A stretch of 64,000 nt of DNA from Octopus vulgaris (taxonomy: Eukaryota), in the NCBI GenBank assembly GCA_951406725.2, contig OX597828.1, positions 2,108,001 to 2,172,000 of the forward strand, given 5' to 3'. The notes beneath the pieces were generated by a model. It worked only from the letters and a program-made list of their open reading frames with translations, searched no databases and was not told where the DNA came from. Position 1 is the first letter of the stretch. Each line of letters opens with the position of its first letter. Shown here in pieces: positions 27,225 through 42,640 of the stretch. A program made the position numbers and the translations under genes.

Positions 27225-27610
27225 TATATATAGTACCATTTGTATATATCCTATATATAGGATCATTTGTAGAAATGGTGACCGCAAAGATGTCAGCGCG
27301 GCTGAAGAGCAATGGACAATGGCAAAGGGAGATAATCTCCTCCTAGGCATTTCCCCCTCTATATTTTAAAGAGATCTTAGGCCAGCAGTGTTTGGGGCCT
27401 GAAAATAGGCCGTAAGGCTAAACCTCTTATGAGCGAGGAACCTAGGGTAACCCAATAAACCGGCCTACCCCACTATAGTATATATATATAATTGTGTGTG
27501 TGTGTGTGTGTGTATCTTTGCATCTATGTGTGTATGTATCTATAGATTTTATATTTTCATACTGATGAATCCCCGAAAGGCACGAAAACGCTAAATAAAC
27601 AGTTAATGCT

Positions 27611-27693
27611 GTGAGTTAAAAATCACCGTTTTTTTTTTCAACATTTATTTATTTATTAGTGAAGTCTCAGAAAATATTTTGCATTAATCTTCG

Positions 27694-27727
<34 letters not shown>

Positions 27728-27792
27728 CGAAGATTAATGCAAAAAATAAATAAACAAATGTTGAAAAGAAAAAAACGTTGATTTTAACTCAC
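27611..27792. repeat. inverted repeat centred on (TA)n
   Basis: gtgagttaaaa..tcaacattt..ttttgcattaatcttcgaat-(TA)n-attcgaagattaatgcaaaa..aaatgttga..ttttaactcac. Confidence 0.85.
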
Positions 27793-27897
27793 ACCATTCA
27801 ATTATTAAACATGCATAATATTGAAATGAATAACTAAAATAGAATATTAGGTATTTATGGAATATTGATTTACTATCGGGCGACTTTTGGCCAACCC

Positions 27898-27937
<40 letters not shown>

Positions 27938-29029
27938 AGGCTTTAGTGCTCCTTACGCCGCCGAGGTTATATTTGAACCCTGTTTATAATTGTATTTGTA
28001 CATTGTTAATAATTTTGCAAAGGAAAGAATGTCCGTCACATGCTCATTTTTTCCGTTTGATTAAATCTTTGACTTTTGTATTTTAGATTTACTTTTGAGA
28101 AGCATCGGCATTATAGTCTCAGTCTCTCGACTCTCGTCCATATTCTTTAAAAAACTGCCACCATAAATTTAACTCATGGAGAAATAAAATGATAGTCAAA
28201 CACTCTTGTTTAGCTTTAAGTCACCTTTACTGTAGCCGACTCATGTTTAAAAGCGCTCCACCCATGCTGTTTTCAGACTACGTGCATCAAAGTTTATTCT
28301 ATGCAATTTCTTCTTTTCTAATAAAGGAAAATATGTTTGCTATTTCTGGGCACTCGCAGAGAAGCTCCTCCATTTACTTTAGCCATGATAGTTTGCGTCT
28401 CCTGTCACATATAATAGATGCAAACAGTAATAAGAAGCATAAGATATTTTAAAAATAAGTTTCACACACAAACAGAGAGAGTTGGGGGGAGAGGGAGAAC
28501 AAATAAGCTTAAAAATCCCGAGGGAGAAGAAATGCGGTAATAGAGACGGAAATGTTTGCACGAAGAATGTCACTAGAAAAGTTAAACTTTCAAAAACAAC
28601 TTGTGATCTCATTATTGTTTTAAATACATCACGTGAGCCACAAAAACTGTGAGTAATTCTCAAAAACGGAATTAAATGAAATATTTTTGCGGCAGAGTCT
28701 TATAAATCAAGGACACAGTTTTGGTGTTAATGTTAACTTTATCGCACATTGTTTTTGAACTCTGAATTCATCCAATTACTGTTACGCTTGTGTTATTAAG
28801 AAAAATAGAAACCCGTGATATGGAGATGTTAAAAAGTTTCCAGAATGCCAATAATATTAATGTTTCCTAAATATCTCATTTCTTATATTGTATTATATAT
28901 TATTGCAGTGTTCTTCCAAAAGACATTCGAATCGACAAATAAGCAATTAAACAATTCGTGAAATAACTTTAGGCAAATGGAAACACATTATCAAAATCAA
29001 AATGTTTTTCCAAAGTATGTTTAAAAAAC

Positions 29030-29335
29030 AAGAGAAAAAATCACCCGTTCGTCAATATAATGCAAGACTCAACAAAGACAAAATTATCAAAGTATTAAAT
29101 CAGCAATAGTTAAAAAAGCAGAAACTGATGGTTTGATACGAACAGCACAAGACCAACGTCTGAGCAGAACAACCATAAAATTAAATATAAAAGTTGCTGG
29201 CATCGAGTACAGAATATGTAACCAGTCCAATAACATGATTAACCACGTCATATCTGACTGGCTACTCCTTACCATGACATAATTGAGTCGGTAGCTATGT
29301 CCACTTGGCAATATGACAATACATCAATATGAAAA
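29030..29335 (+). mobile_element. old R4/Dong-clade fragment (pre-CCHC region)
   Basis: LKKAETDGLIRTAQDQRL...YRICNQSNNMINHVISD, homologous to LKPETESLICAA.EQAL...CRICGQ..ETV.HI.S in the 14.3-14.5 kb copy. Confidence 0.6.
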
Positions 29336-30067
29336 TTGGAACCAAACATGGTACATAATAACGACTTAAGTATAACCAGCTGGAACAACGCTTATTGAAA
29401 TTGGTAAAGAGGTCAAGGAAAATTACTCACATGTAATATGAAAGGACACGAAATATATGCACACTGGTAGAAAACGCTATCCCCTCATTCCAAAACATTG
29501 CATAAGAGAGTGGAATAAAAATGAGACATGAATATAAAGACAGTATAGGGAGTACTAGGTATGGTAAGAAATTGTGCGTATAAAAATAGGAGCCATACTG
29601 GCGCTCACTCAATGCTACATACTGTTTGAAATATAACTCTCTGCACACAATATATATTCTCTCCATTATAACAGCCCTATCAAATAACACTCCACACAAT
29701 ATATGGATCAACACCCTACAAACTGACCATTACAGAAAAAATTGCTGACAGTTTTACTCCAATGACTCTCACAGCTCACACTCTGTACAGCTGCCAACAC
29801 ATTACTTCCACACAAACCAGACACATATCATTCACAATAACCACCTAACATTGAAACACATTACATCAACCATGCAATACATATGAAACATATTAACTAC
29901 ACAACACAATAAATATTATACGTTTTACACAAGAGAGAAAAAAACTATAATAGAACCAAATTCAAATCCAAAGAAGGCTGATACTGTATATTAAGTACAA
30001 AATTGCAGAAACCTTGGGATGTACATGCTTATGCAGTAGAAACTTACGTAAAATAAGCTGTTATTAT

Positions 30068-30262
30068 TCTAGGTACAATGCCAATAGTTTTGAAGTTATG
30101 GGTTAGTTGATAACATCGACAACAGTACATAGATGATATTTTGTTTTATCAGCTCCAGAAGGATGTAAAGCAAAGTAGATCAAAGGTGTAATTTGAATTC
30201 AGAACGTAAAGAGTCGGAAGAAATAGCAAAAAGAAATTTATCTGATGGTCTAATGATCCTTC
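30068..30262 (-). mobile_element. SINE family B, diverged
   Basis: gaaggatgtaaagcaaagtaga...atttgaattcagaacgtaaagagtcggaagaaat. Confidence 0.55.
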
Positions 30263-33200
30263 TTATCAACTACCCGGGTTGAGTAACATTATAACCGAGT
30301 ATAGACATGGTTCTCCGCAAATCTGAGACAAATCCAATTGCGTAATCAAAATCAAATTGAAATTTAGTCTGCAAAATGAGGCAAATTATGTATAAGGCCT
30401 CCAGTATGTACAACAAGCACGTAGTTTACGTTATACTTGTAATTATCATATAAAATATATTGTTGAAATAACAGACAGAAGTCAGCATGCGGAACAAACA
30501 AACAGGGAGGAATCCACTTTTGAATACAAACAAAACTATACAGAATCAGGCCATAAAGTACAACTGATACTTTTCACATCATGCATATTAACATATCACT
30601 GCACGCGAGACCTACTGTTTCAATAACACACACGAGAAGAAAATACACTGAAACACTCTAGACAAACGAGATAAAACATAATTAACATTGAAAACTTTTG
30701 CCAATTAGAAAACATATTAACAATGACAGGAGGTAAATCAATCAACAATATGGTTTATTGTGATCAGCACACGAGGAATCCTTCGTAAAATGTTTCCGCC
30801 GACCTTCTACGCTTAGTGTGTTACAAAAGAAAGGGGCGAGGAGCAGAGTTGGTTCAACGTCATGATTTGATACCTCTTACAGCCAAAATCGTGTTTCTTC
30901 GTCCTAAATAATATGAAGTAAGTCTATGGGTAGAGATTTGACGCACTAAATGATCTTGTTTCTTCATCCCATTGTCAGTTTTTAAAACTATATATATAGG
31001 GCCATATGTTCATCATGGGAGGTCTCACTTCATGTGTCGGCGTAGATTGTCGTCATCACGTTTACTAAGCTCTGTAAGGCATTCTAATTTGAAAGTTATC
31101 TCTTTAGTTTTGGAATTTAAAAGAAGAGCATCTCGCTTTATTGATAGCAATGCCAGTCGATTGAATATTCTTCAGTATAATCTGTTCTTTGTGCAATACA
31201 AACACTAATTATAGTAGCAATTTTTACGACTCCAGGAAATCTATTTTTGTTTCGGTGGACAGGAATATTCAGATATTGTGCCAGAAATACAAAAGCAGTA
31301 TCGTTAGTGAATGCGAACTGTTAACCCTTTTATTACAAGCCCACCATCATAACATTTGAGATAGCGGCATCTCACTAAGCAGTATAGTGACTGCATTGTT
31401 GTGCACAATTAAAGTAGGATTATAAAGTATTACAATTTCATATAGATTACGTTGAATGCATCTTTTGTCCATTTTTTTTTAATATAGCACAACAGAGTAT
31501 TCTTGTTTGAAGTAAGATATTACACGAATATTTTTATGGTACTACACACCATGTTAATATGCATATTATAACAAAGTGCATCATGTATCGCAATTCTCTG
31601 TTGCTGAGTGCTTTAATGGCGAGTGAGATCCAATAGAAATTCTACCTTGACTAAATAAACGAGTTATAACTGCGATAATGTACCTCTTTTATCTTTGTCT
31701 CGTTTTGTTTCATGTCTGGTGGACGTTCTATAGATTGCTGTTTATTGAAATACACAATGACGTCAGTTCTTTATTTATTTCAGTCGACATAAAAAATTCA
31801 TATCTGTTTACATATATCTTTACATTAGTAATATATCCGCTCCTAGTAACAGACTGTTTTTCGTTGAAATAAACTATACATTTCTTTATGATTTAGTAAA
31901 AGGGCCAAAGTTCATTTTCTTCTCATATTTTTTATACTTTTCATATTGCAATCATTGCTTTTCAGTATGATATGATTTTTCTTTATACTCAAATACATTA
32001 AACCATATATATGCGTGCAGACAGAAACACAACCAAATATATATACATTAAAAATTAATGGTTTTGAATTTGATATTTGATATTAGGATGTTTTCTTTAC
32101 AAATACATTCGGAGCAGTCACACACACACACACACACACACACATTACACACATACCCATATATATAGAAACATAAAACACATAACAGTTATTGAATTTG
32201 GTAATAAAATATTTCCTTATCTATACATAGATTTATGCTTAGCCTTTAAAGATATCAATATGCATGCGCGTAAACACACATTCATATGTACACACGTGTA
32301 TATGCATACATATCTACTTTCATCTACAGTTATACGTGTGTAAAAGCTTTCATATACATGCTTACTTATGTGGACATTTGCATACATAGATTTCTATAAA
32401 TATGTACATTCATAGCGATGCTATTTGTGTTTCTGTTTATAGATACAAGATTATATAGAAACGTAGATAGATGCTTGCATACATATCTCTGTGTGTTTGA
32501 TTAACACACACCGTTTATTTTCCAGATCCCTTGCATAAATTCATTTATCAATAAGGACAGTGAATATGTAAAACTTACAATTTACAAATAAAAGTTGATT
32601 TGGTGTGAAGAGATTTGGTGTCCATAGCCTGGTCTTCGCCCATCTACCGAGACCGTGGGATTTTTGCCAAAACATTTCCGCTGAAATTGTAGGAAGTCGA
32701 TAGCTGCAAAAAACAAAAAAACAAAAAACAAAAACATGAGTAAGGTAGGAATTCTAATGGAGCAACAGAGTGGCGACTAGGGGTAATAGTTAGTACAAGG
32801 TGAGAGGTGCTGGGTGCGATATCGTTAAGAATGGGAAGAAAGTGTTTGAAGATGGCACAAGACCAGCCAATTATGAGGAGCAGGTGCCTTCGTTAATAAG
32901 ACAAAACGAGAACATTGTACATATAATGGATTAAAAAGAGAAGCGTGTCAGTGAGAAACTTTATGCCAATCAGTCGAATGATCTCTTTCTGAATGAGATC
33001 TAGAATGCTTGTGTGTGTGAGTGGTAACAACCAAGATGTGGGGAAGTATTCCAAGAGTTCTTCTGTTTTTAAGACGATAGTTGGTAATTTGAGGTCATGT
33101 GACTACTATTTCTAGTAAGTCGCGTGATTGGGTAGTGGTTACCCTATACCCTACTGGTTGTTTGAAAAATTTCACCTTGCTTTTCTTTTTAACTCATAGG

Positions 33201-34254
33201 TTATTTCTGATTCAACAGACGTCAATGATATTTTACTATAAACTTACTTTCTAACATCGAAGGATGAAATTTGAACAACATTGCCTGCTGTTTTTAGCAG
33301 ATCGGGTGACCACTTATGAACCTCAATCATGAACACGAGGCTGAAGTTTGACATAAATTTATAAGCAGAACAAGTACAATATAATTGATGAGTGTTTCAT
33401 AAGTATCCAACGAGTTGCATAGAATTTATCGGTGGGGAAAATGTCGTTCAACAATTTTTAGAAATGACTGAGATTGGGAAACCTTCTGGTAAAGATTATA
33501 AAGATGAAATGAGAAAGAGAGACGGGAGAGGGTTAGGGTGAAGAGCAAGAGATGGATTTATATGCATCCATTTATATTTGTACGGTACTACAAATAATGG
33601 GGCTACTTCGTGAGCCCCATTCCTATTGTATTTATATCACCTTTCATTTGAGATTTCTGGAGAAAAAAATTTGAGAAGTTGTGACTTTCATACATTTTTA
33701 ACATTAAAAAAAAAAAATTTTCAAATTAGAATCGAAACAGAAAGCGAACTTGTAGTCTGAGACCCCACACCTCGAGGCAAGATTTTATAGGATGATGATG
33801 AAGAGGAGGAGGAAGAGTATGATAAAATAGTAACGTAAGAGAAGTGACTTTATGTATCGAGAAAAGAACGAAATCTGGGTTAATTCAATGTCTTCCATTC
33901 TTCAAAACCAATGCTGTGCTTCATCAAATGAAACGAAATGATATGTCGCTGTTTAAGATGTCGCTTTGTAAAAACTTTTCAACAATGCTATTATATAATA
34001 GGAAGTTTATAAAGTTTATAAACAAATTTCTTCTTAAGGCATTCAGAAAACTTAATAAACAGACAACAAAAATTGATAACAAAAAATAGAAAATACAAAT
34101 AGTCAGCACTTGGGAAAGTCTACTAGATATCGTTTTACCATTCTGGTGGAACTAATCCCTTACAGAGCCTCACCCATAAAAAATAAAACAAAATAAAACA
34201 AGCAGCTTGTTGTAACACAAATACTAACGACACCATGTTCTAAAAGTACGCGCA

Positions 34255-34620
34255 AATATACATATATTCACATATGCGTGTATATGTGCCCGAGCGCAAG
34301 TGTGTGTGCATATGTGTATTTATGTATATAATATGCAAACACACAAACGTACACTGTCACACGCACGCGCACACATGTGTATATACACAGATATATGTGT
34401 GTGTATACACTCACACACGCATATATATATGCATATATATATATATATATATATGTATGTATACTTATTTGGATATATACACATATACACACCATACACA
34501 AGTTTTTATATGTATTTATGTATGTGTGTATGCATGCATGTGTGTATGTATGTATGTATGTATGTATGTATGTATGTATGTATGTATGTATGTATGTATG
34601 TATACACATAGGCACATGCA
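34255..34620. repeat. compound (TA)/(CA)/(TATG)n microsatellite
   Basis: Direct reading. Confidence 0.9.
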
Positions 34621-35315
34621 AATCAGAAACAAATGTTTTGCAAGCATAAAGTAACGACCAAATATTTTTTTACGAAAAGCTCAATGAATATCAAAATAAA
34701 TTCAGTGATGTATTGAAATATGATGATGTCTAACATGGAAAATGAATCGAAAATTATATATACATTGTGTATACATCTTAAAATACATACATATGTTCCT
34801 ATACTTTTTAGGTATCCATTTATTTTAGCATATAGCCAGTATATTTTTCTGAGTGTCTTTTTGTTTCAGAATATTGTCGTTTCAAATATTACTTCTCATA
34901 TTCACTGAGTTCACTGCTAAAAAGCTTTATTCGACAAATATTTTCACTGAGCTTGCAAAACATTGACTTATTTGCATGCATCTTGAACGGCTCATTTCTA
35001 TTAGCTGGTTTTTAAGTACCTTTATTAAAATTGTTATTCGGGGATTCGAACACTCTTGCATATAACTCACAGTCGATATAGTATCTATGTAGTTTCGTTT
35101 TCATTTTCATTCTTACAGGTCTGTATATAATCAGTAAACTTTTCGTACGACTCTTTCTTCCACATCTCTGTTAATTGGTACCATCATTTGTTTTAGTTTA
35201 ATGGTTTAATGTGAGGTTATTAGAATCACGAATTCGTTTCCGGATAAACATAGATAAATACCATAAATACATATTTATTTTGACACACAAGCACGTACAC
35301 ACGCACGAGCGGGTA

Positions 35316-35373
<58 letters not shown>

Positions 35374-36969
35374 CAGTAATAATTTTCGAGTGCTTTTCGT
35401 CTGAATTTTATATTCAATAAATATGTGTGCACAGATATATATATACAATCATACATAGATACACACACGTACACACGCCTTTACACTTATCATCTTGTGA
35501 TTTCTCTCGCAGTTGAGTGAGAGATTTTCTGTTTCCACGCCTTTCAAAATATGAATACTGACAATAGAAAAGTCTGACGCTTTGGTATCAAACATTTTAC
35601 TAAATATTTAACAAAACGGCAAATAAAAGACATTGAAATCGGGCGGGAAATGTTGCCTGTATCTAAAATATTGATTTAACTGGCTTGAATAGATATCAAA
35701 GCATTTTCAATAACTTATAGCATCAACTGGGGCAATTGAATCATCTGTAATATATGTTACAGTTATGTATTTTATTGACTTTCTACTGACTAGAAAGAAA
35801 AATATAGTCAATTCGATTGATTTGAACTCCGAAACGGAATAATCGAACCCTATATTTTTGCCTTTTATTTCCCATTTATATTCAACTTCGGCGTCGCTAT
35901 CGAACGTATATTTAAAACATGGAACTCATTTTAATGCACAAACCCATTTTGTTTGAATAGTAAACTGGTGAAACCAATATGTTACTGATACATATTTTTG
36001 AATCGATCCCTTCATATATATACCGGATTTACAGGTTCCTTTGACTCGGTAAAAATCACTAATAGTTAGTCTATTAGTCGGTACTAGTATAGTAAGTGGT
36101 GCTTTTGTAGTTGATCTTTTTTTTTTTTTTTGCTTCTTGTCAGCCCAAATCGATTCCACTGATCAAAATCATTTCAGCCATAAACATCCTGTCTTCATGC
36201 TGATACTATACACCTTATACCACATTATCTAATACGTCCTTCCTTTTGAAACTCTGTAAAGTTTAATTTAATGGATCTGTGATTTGGGGAAGATTTGGCC
36301 GCTATTTCTTGCATGTCGAGGCCTCCACGTATAGACTCCCATACTGGTTCTTTTAAGTGTTTACATTAATTTAATGATGCTGGTAGTAGTGGTGTAAGTG
36401 GTGTTATTAATGGCGTGTTGGTGATGGTAGTGGTTGTGGAGGTGGTAGTAGTACCGGTAATATTAACGTTGACGTAGTGACGCTCATGTTGCCAGTGTCG
36501 ACGTTGGTATGGTTGTAGTGCGGTGGTATTAATGTCGCTAGCATTAATACTATGATACTACTGTTAATATTAGAGGTATTAGAACTGTTTTTATGGGGGT
36601 ATTAATAACGCTGTTGTTGTAGTGGTGATGGTGGTGGTGACGGTGATGACGGCGGCTGCTGTTATTTTATGTGATGTCACTACAATAATATTTTATAAAG
36701 TAGGTTAACATGATAGAAGACTGAATTTTAATAATGTGTTTGTGTACACGCGTGTGTGAAAAAGCAAGTGTGTTTGTATGTAAATTCATGTGTGCGTAAG
36801 AGAGAAAGAAAGAATGAGGGGGATAAATAGATAGAGAGATGTCGCTAGAGGCAAAGACAGAGAGAAAAAAGATGATTGCATGCATTACATCTCTGAAAGT
36901 GTTGGTACCAATCATTGCGCTATTGTCTCTACTCCATGCAATTATAATATCGGGGTTGCTTTCGTTCTT

Positions 36970-36978
36970 GTGATGATT

Positions 36979-37013
<35 letters not shown>

Positions 37014-37057
37014 AATGATGATGATGATGATGATGAAGATGATGATGGTGATGATGT
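36970..37057. repeat. (GAT)n microsatellite
   Basis: Direct reading. Confidence 0.9.
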
Positions 37058-37229
37058 CGTTGCTGAATATTCCTGGTTATTTCTGTTTCATCTTACTCGG
37101 ATAGACATATAAAAAAATTAGGCAATTCAAGTGAATGTACATTTACAACTGTACTTATTAACCCACTAGAACTACTGATACCTAAATGCACATTACCATT
37201 TTACTTTGTTCCACCAGTAACTGCTAGAA

Positions 37230-37295
<66 letters not shown>

Positions 37296-37364
37296 TATAC
37301 ATACATACATATATATATACATATACATATATATATATACATATATATTGATATACATATACAT

Positions 37365-37403
<39 letters not shown>

Positions 37404-37544
37404 CAAACATACATATATGCCACGCGCGCGCGCACACACACACATATACACATATATATAAGAGAATTTGTTTTGGAGTATGAAAATGCATCTGAATCTC
37501 AAAACGAATAGTAGTTTTTAAATTTTGTAATAGATTTAATCAAA

Positions 37545-37584
37545 TACCAAACCGGTTTCGACAATGTTTTGCTCATCAATGGTA
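37545..37584 (-). ncRNA. minimal hammerhead with a C3-to-U core change
   Basis: tacca-TTGATGA-gcaa-aaca-ttgtc-GAAAC-CG-GTT-tggta. Confidence 0.55.
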
Positions 37585-39212
37585 AAATGTTTTTGCTTAT
37601 CAATGGTAAAAAGGTTTTGCTTATCAATTTTTTTACTTATCAATGTTTTGCTTATCAATGGTAAAAATAAAAAATAAAAGGTTTATAAGAGTTTAATGCT
37701 TCGGTAAAACGTTTAAACGATCAAATGTTAAAATGTTCAGAGAAAGTTTAATGAGTTTCACAAGGATAGATAGTAATATAATGCAAATTTTCGGCGAAGA
37801 TCATAACAAATATTATTGAAAGGTCAGTCATATTGAGATTTTATTTTTAAAAAAGGTAGGGTAAGAAAAGACAGAGAGAAATAAGAATGTTTACTTTACA
37901 ATTTCTGTTGTGGTGCGAGCAGGAGTCTTTGATTTTTCACAATTTCTGTCGAAGTGCACGGGTTTCTTCACCTTCATAGCTTGTTAGAGTTAGTGCCTTC
38001 ACATGTTATGCAGGAAAAAATGGCATTTTAAAGCTAGCCATTCTATGGTAAACTCTTTAGTAATTGGCAGCCAAATTCCGTATATATATGAAAAGACTAT
38101 ATACATACATATAGATTGGCATATTTCGGTCATATTATGCGGAGAGAATCCCTGGAGAAAGACATCATGGTCTTACGTCCGTCTCGTGTATAGTTCTGTA
38201 AATTATATTTTGCTATGACGATCACACTGAAGAATTGCGGACATCTACGTAAGTGATTACGTAAGTGGTAAAAACGAAATTGGTTCGGGATTAATCTGTA
38301 AATTTTGTATCTTTTCATTTGTCTTGCTCGCTTACGTTCTGGCGTTTGCTAAATTTTGTTGAAAACATTCCTTTCTTAGTGATAAGACCATAGGGGGTCG
38401 ACTTCTAGCATAATGGATGTCCACTTAGTGGTCATCCGTCTTATATATATATATATAAACCAGCTTAGAGAAGAAGAAGAAACGAAACGAAGCTAAACGA
38501 ATCGAATCGACGCGAGGGCGCTCAGTCATACAATAGTGTAATAAATAAAATATATGCATACATACAAACATATATGTACGTACCTACTACATCTACATGT
38601 ATATGTACATGCATATATAAATATATATACGTGTGTACAGGACACCACAAATAGACGTAGAACTCAACGAGAAACGAAAAAGTAAAAACAGCATGGAACG
38701 GACCATTTTTTTTAACAACGAAAAAACAGAGTACAAGACAACTACACAAGGAAAAATCCCCTTCATCAGCTGTCCCTAGTTCAACTCCAGCGTGTCTCGA
38801 ATGTGAGGACAGAACGCGTCTCTTCGAACTAGTCCTTCCTGCGAAAGAATTAAATAAAATTCCTTTGCAGAGGGGTAAAGACAAGGAAAAAATGTGACAA
38901 AAACAGGACGTAAAAACAATACAATTAAAAACAAATACAAAATAAAAATACAATTACAAAAAATACAGTACAAGAAGGAATAGAAACAGGACAGGAAAGC
39001 AAATAATGAGGGCCTATAAGCCTAGACGAGGAAAACATTTTTTCACGAGCGCAGGAAGAAACATGTTTACTTGAAGGAGGCCGCCATATATATATATACC
39101 GGAGTAAACACATAAATGTGAAACAAGGTGGAAAAAAGAGTACTCAAATACCAGAGGTATGTAATATGCTTTTGCTTTTAAATAAAGTATATATATATAT
39201 ATATATATATAA

Positions 39213-39301
<89 letters not shown>

Positions 39302-39314
39302 TGTATGTATGTAT

Positions 39315-39520
39315 ATTTGCCCTTAAATAATGCGGGTTTTTTAAAAATTGCATGAACTAAAAGTCGAAGGCGGACGGAAAACTACATGCATCAACTTGCT
39401 ATAGAAGCAGATAGTAATTTTATTGTGTACTTATTCGTAGTGCATGTTTTGAAGAGTGCAGTTCAATTTTAACAATTATTTTTTCAAAGCTATAAAGAAA
39501 GTGACAAAGAAGCATATATA
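39315..39520 (+). mobile_element. mariner-like 5' fragment
   Basis: TIR-like ccttaaataatgcggg after (TG)n/(TA)n, ending in KVTKKHI, which parallels MEVSKEHL at 40848. Confidence 0.45.
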
Positions 39521-39574
39521 TATATATAAACTAAGAAATGGGGTTAAACGCAGGTGTTATTCAAATTTTTATAC

Positions 39575-39660
39575 TTCCGACATATGTTTCGAAGAAAACA
39601 TTGGTATTATTCCTGAGGGAATAAAATGATGTAAAACAATGTAATCATCTCGTCAGGGAA
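39575..39660 (-). ncRNA. type-I hammerhead ribozyme with long stem II
   Basis: ttcc-CTGACGA-ga..acattg..ttattcc-ctca-ggaataa..caatgt..tc-GAAAC-ATAT-GTC-ggaa. All core nucleotides present; ACATATGT palindrome. Confidence 0.8.
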
Positions 39661-39964
39661 AAAAGATAAACAAAACACATCAATAAGCCATTTAAACCGA
39701 ATGTGATTACCGCGTATATGATGAAGGAAATGCTGACAAATTATTTTTTTTTAAACTGTGAATAGATTTAACGTAAAAGGCAAGTTAGAGAAAGAGAAGG
39801 AGGAGAATGAAAGAAATTAATGAAGAGTAGAGAAATATAGTGCGATAGATGAGTGGAAATAAAGCTTAAAGGCATGTAAAAAGTTATATGTAGTGAAAAT
39901 GAAATGTAAGAAGACAGTCAAACGTCAAATTTTATAGATTGGTAGAAACTACTTATAGGAACTA

Positions 39965-41104
<1,140 letters not shown>

Positions 41105-41248
41105 CATGCTTCTTTCGGTTTACTTCTACCAAATCCACTCGCAAGGCTTTGGGCGGCCCGAGGCTATAATAGAAGACACTTGTTCAAGACTGAACCCAGC
41201 ACCATGTGGTTGGAAAACAAGCTTCCTTCACACAGCCACGTCTGAGCC
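41105..41248 (-). mobile_element. SINE family A 5' half
   Basis: ctaccaaatccactcgcaaggc...gactgaaccc..accatgtggttgg...cacacagccac. Confidence 0.75.
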
Positions 41249-42342
41249 TATTTATATACATAAACATATATATGCATGTATATATGAATGCTTATATGCA
41301 TATACATATAAGTGTGTGTAAATGTATGTTTGTATAACAATAACAAAGTGAAATATAGCCAAAATATTTCAAGCCTTTGACAAACAAGTTGGTTACAAGC
41401 TTCATTCACCGCTAAACTAAATGATGCTAATTCAGAATTACTAAACCGAAGATATTATCTGAACTGAAGAATTGCAGAACTAGTATAGCTATTCCCATTT
41501 ATTTTTACGTTTCATTTGTAGTAAATTTTCCGAATTCTAAAAATATTATTTATCTGGGGATATTTTAAACCTATTACTTGTCATACATATCCAAATTCTC
41601 CATATTGAACAAATAATCTTCCCTAGCCACTGGCTGTCATTTTGCTCTGACTCTTCCTAAAATTTTATTGAGTGTGCAATTACAGATCGAAAAGCATATA
41701 GAATGCCTGAAATATAGAAATTTGAATATAGTTTTTCATGTTGAGAGAGTAGTATAGACATGTTGCTTTGATATTTATCGGACAAGTCGTTATTTCCCTA
41801 AAAACTTGTTTTGACCGGTAAATATACAGCCAAATAAACCAACACCATAAGTCGGTATTCTATGTGAGCCTTCCCATGTTATATAATATACATCCGCGTG
41901 CATATGTATATTTTGATATTTGCGCACACATACACACTTGTATGTATATATAATCTATGCATGTATATATACATGCAGATGTCAAATAAATTATTGTCAC
42001 AAGACTAACACAGTTTCCTTTGTAAAAGAATATCTACGAAAATAGTAGGATGGTCAACGTTTCTGATTTGTATTTCTTTGTAGTCAGATAGAGTTTGGTT
42101 GCGAAGGAGTGGTTCAACAAAATTCTAGGCTTTGCAGTTAATGCAAGGAAGGAAGGCATCGAAACTGGTCGAGGGCAAAGAAAGAAGAGAGAGGATGCTT
42201 GAAATCACTCAGTGAATGTTTTTCACTCGCGGCTATTTTTCTCTCAGGACAGGAGGATGATTAGATATCAGTAGAATTTAAATCATAATGAAGAAATATA
42301 CTTACTTATATGGAGACATATAAATATGTTTAGTTTAAATTC

Positions 42343-42499
42343 TTATTTACATTATTTACATTTGACGAATATTTGTCCTCACAACGTTTCGGCTGATATA
42401 CACTCCAGCCCTCATCAGGTGTCTTGGGGAAATTTCGAACCTGGGTTCAAATTCCCAAGGTATTTTTCGATGTTATTATTGCTATTACTATTATTATTA

Positions 42500-42583
<84 letters not shown>

Positions 42584-42631
42584 TTACTTGGGGTTAGTAG
42601 TCCGTGCTCTTAACCACTACGTCATATGCCC
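42343..42631 (-). mobile_element. tRNA-head/(AAT)n/hammerhead-tail SINE-like element, left copy
   Basis: Minus strand: gggcatatgacgTAGTGGTTAAgagcacggactactaacccaag (A box, B box deleted), then (AAT)n, then gaacccaggttcgaaatttccccaagacac-CTGATGA...GAAACGTT, ending gtcaaatgtaaataatgtaaataa. Inverted homolog of 43047-43406. Confidence 0.85.
42380..42423 (-). ncRNA. minimal type-I hammerhead ribozyme
   Basis: gacac-CTGATGA-g-ggctg-gagtgtatat-cagcc-GAAA-CG-TT-gtg. Confidence 0.75.
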
Positions 42632-42640
42632 GTGGGCAAT

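Noticed and set aside
38460-39090. Possible hammerhead (ggacag-CTGATGA with upstream gagacgcgtt-ctgtcc) in a TA-flanked repeat
   Set aside because: GAAA core absent or mutated and stem II cannot be closed; at best a pLTR remnant.
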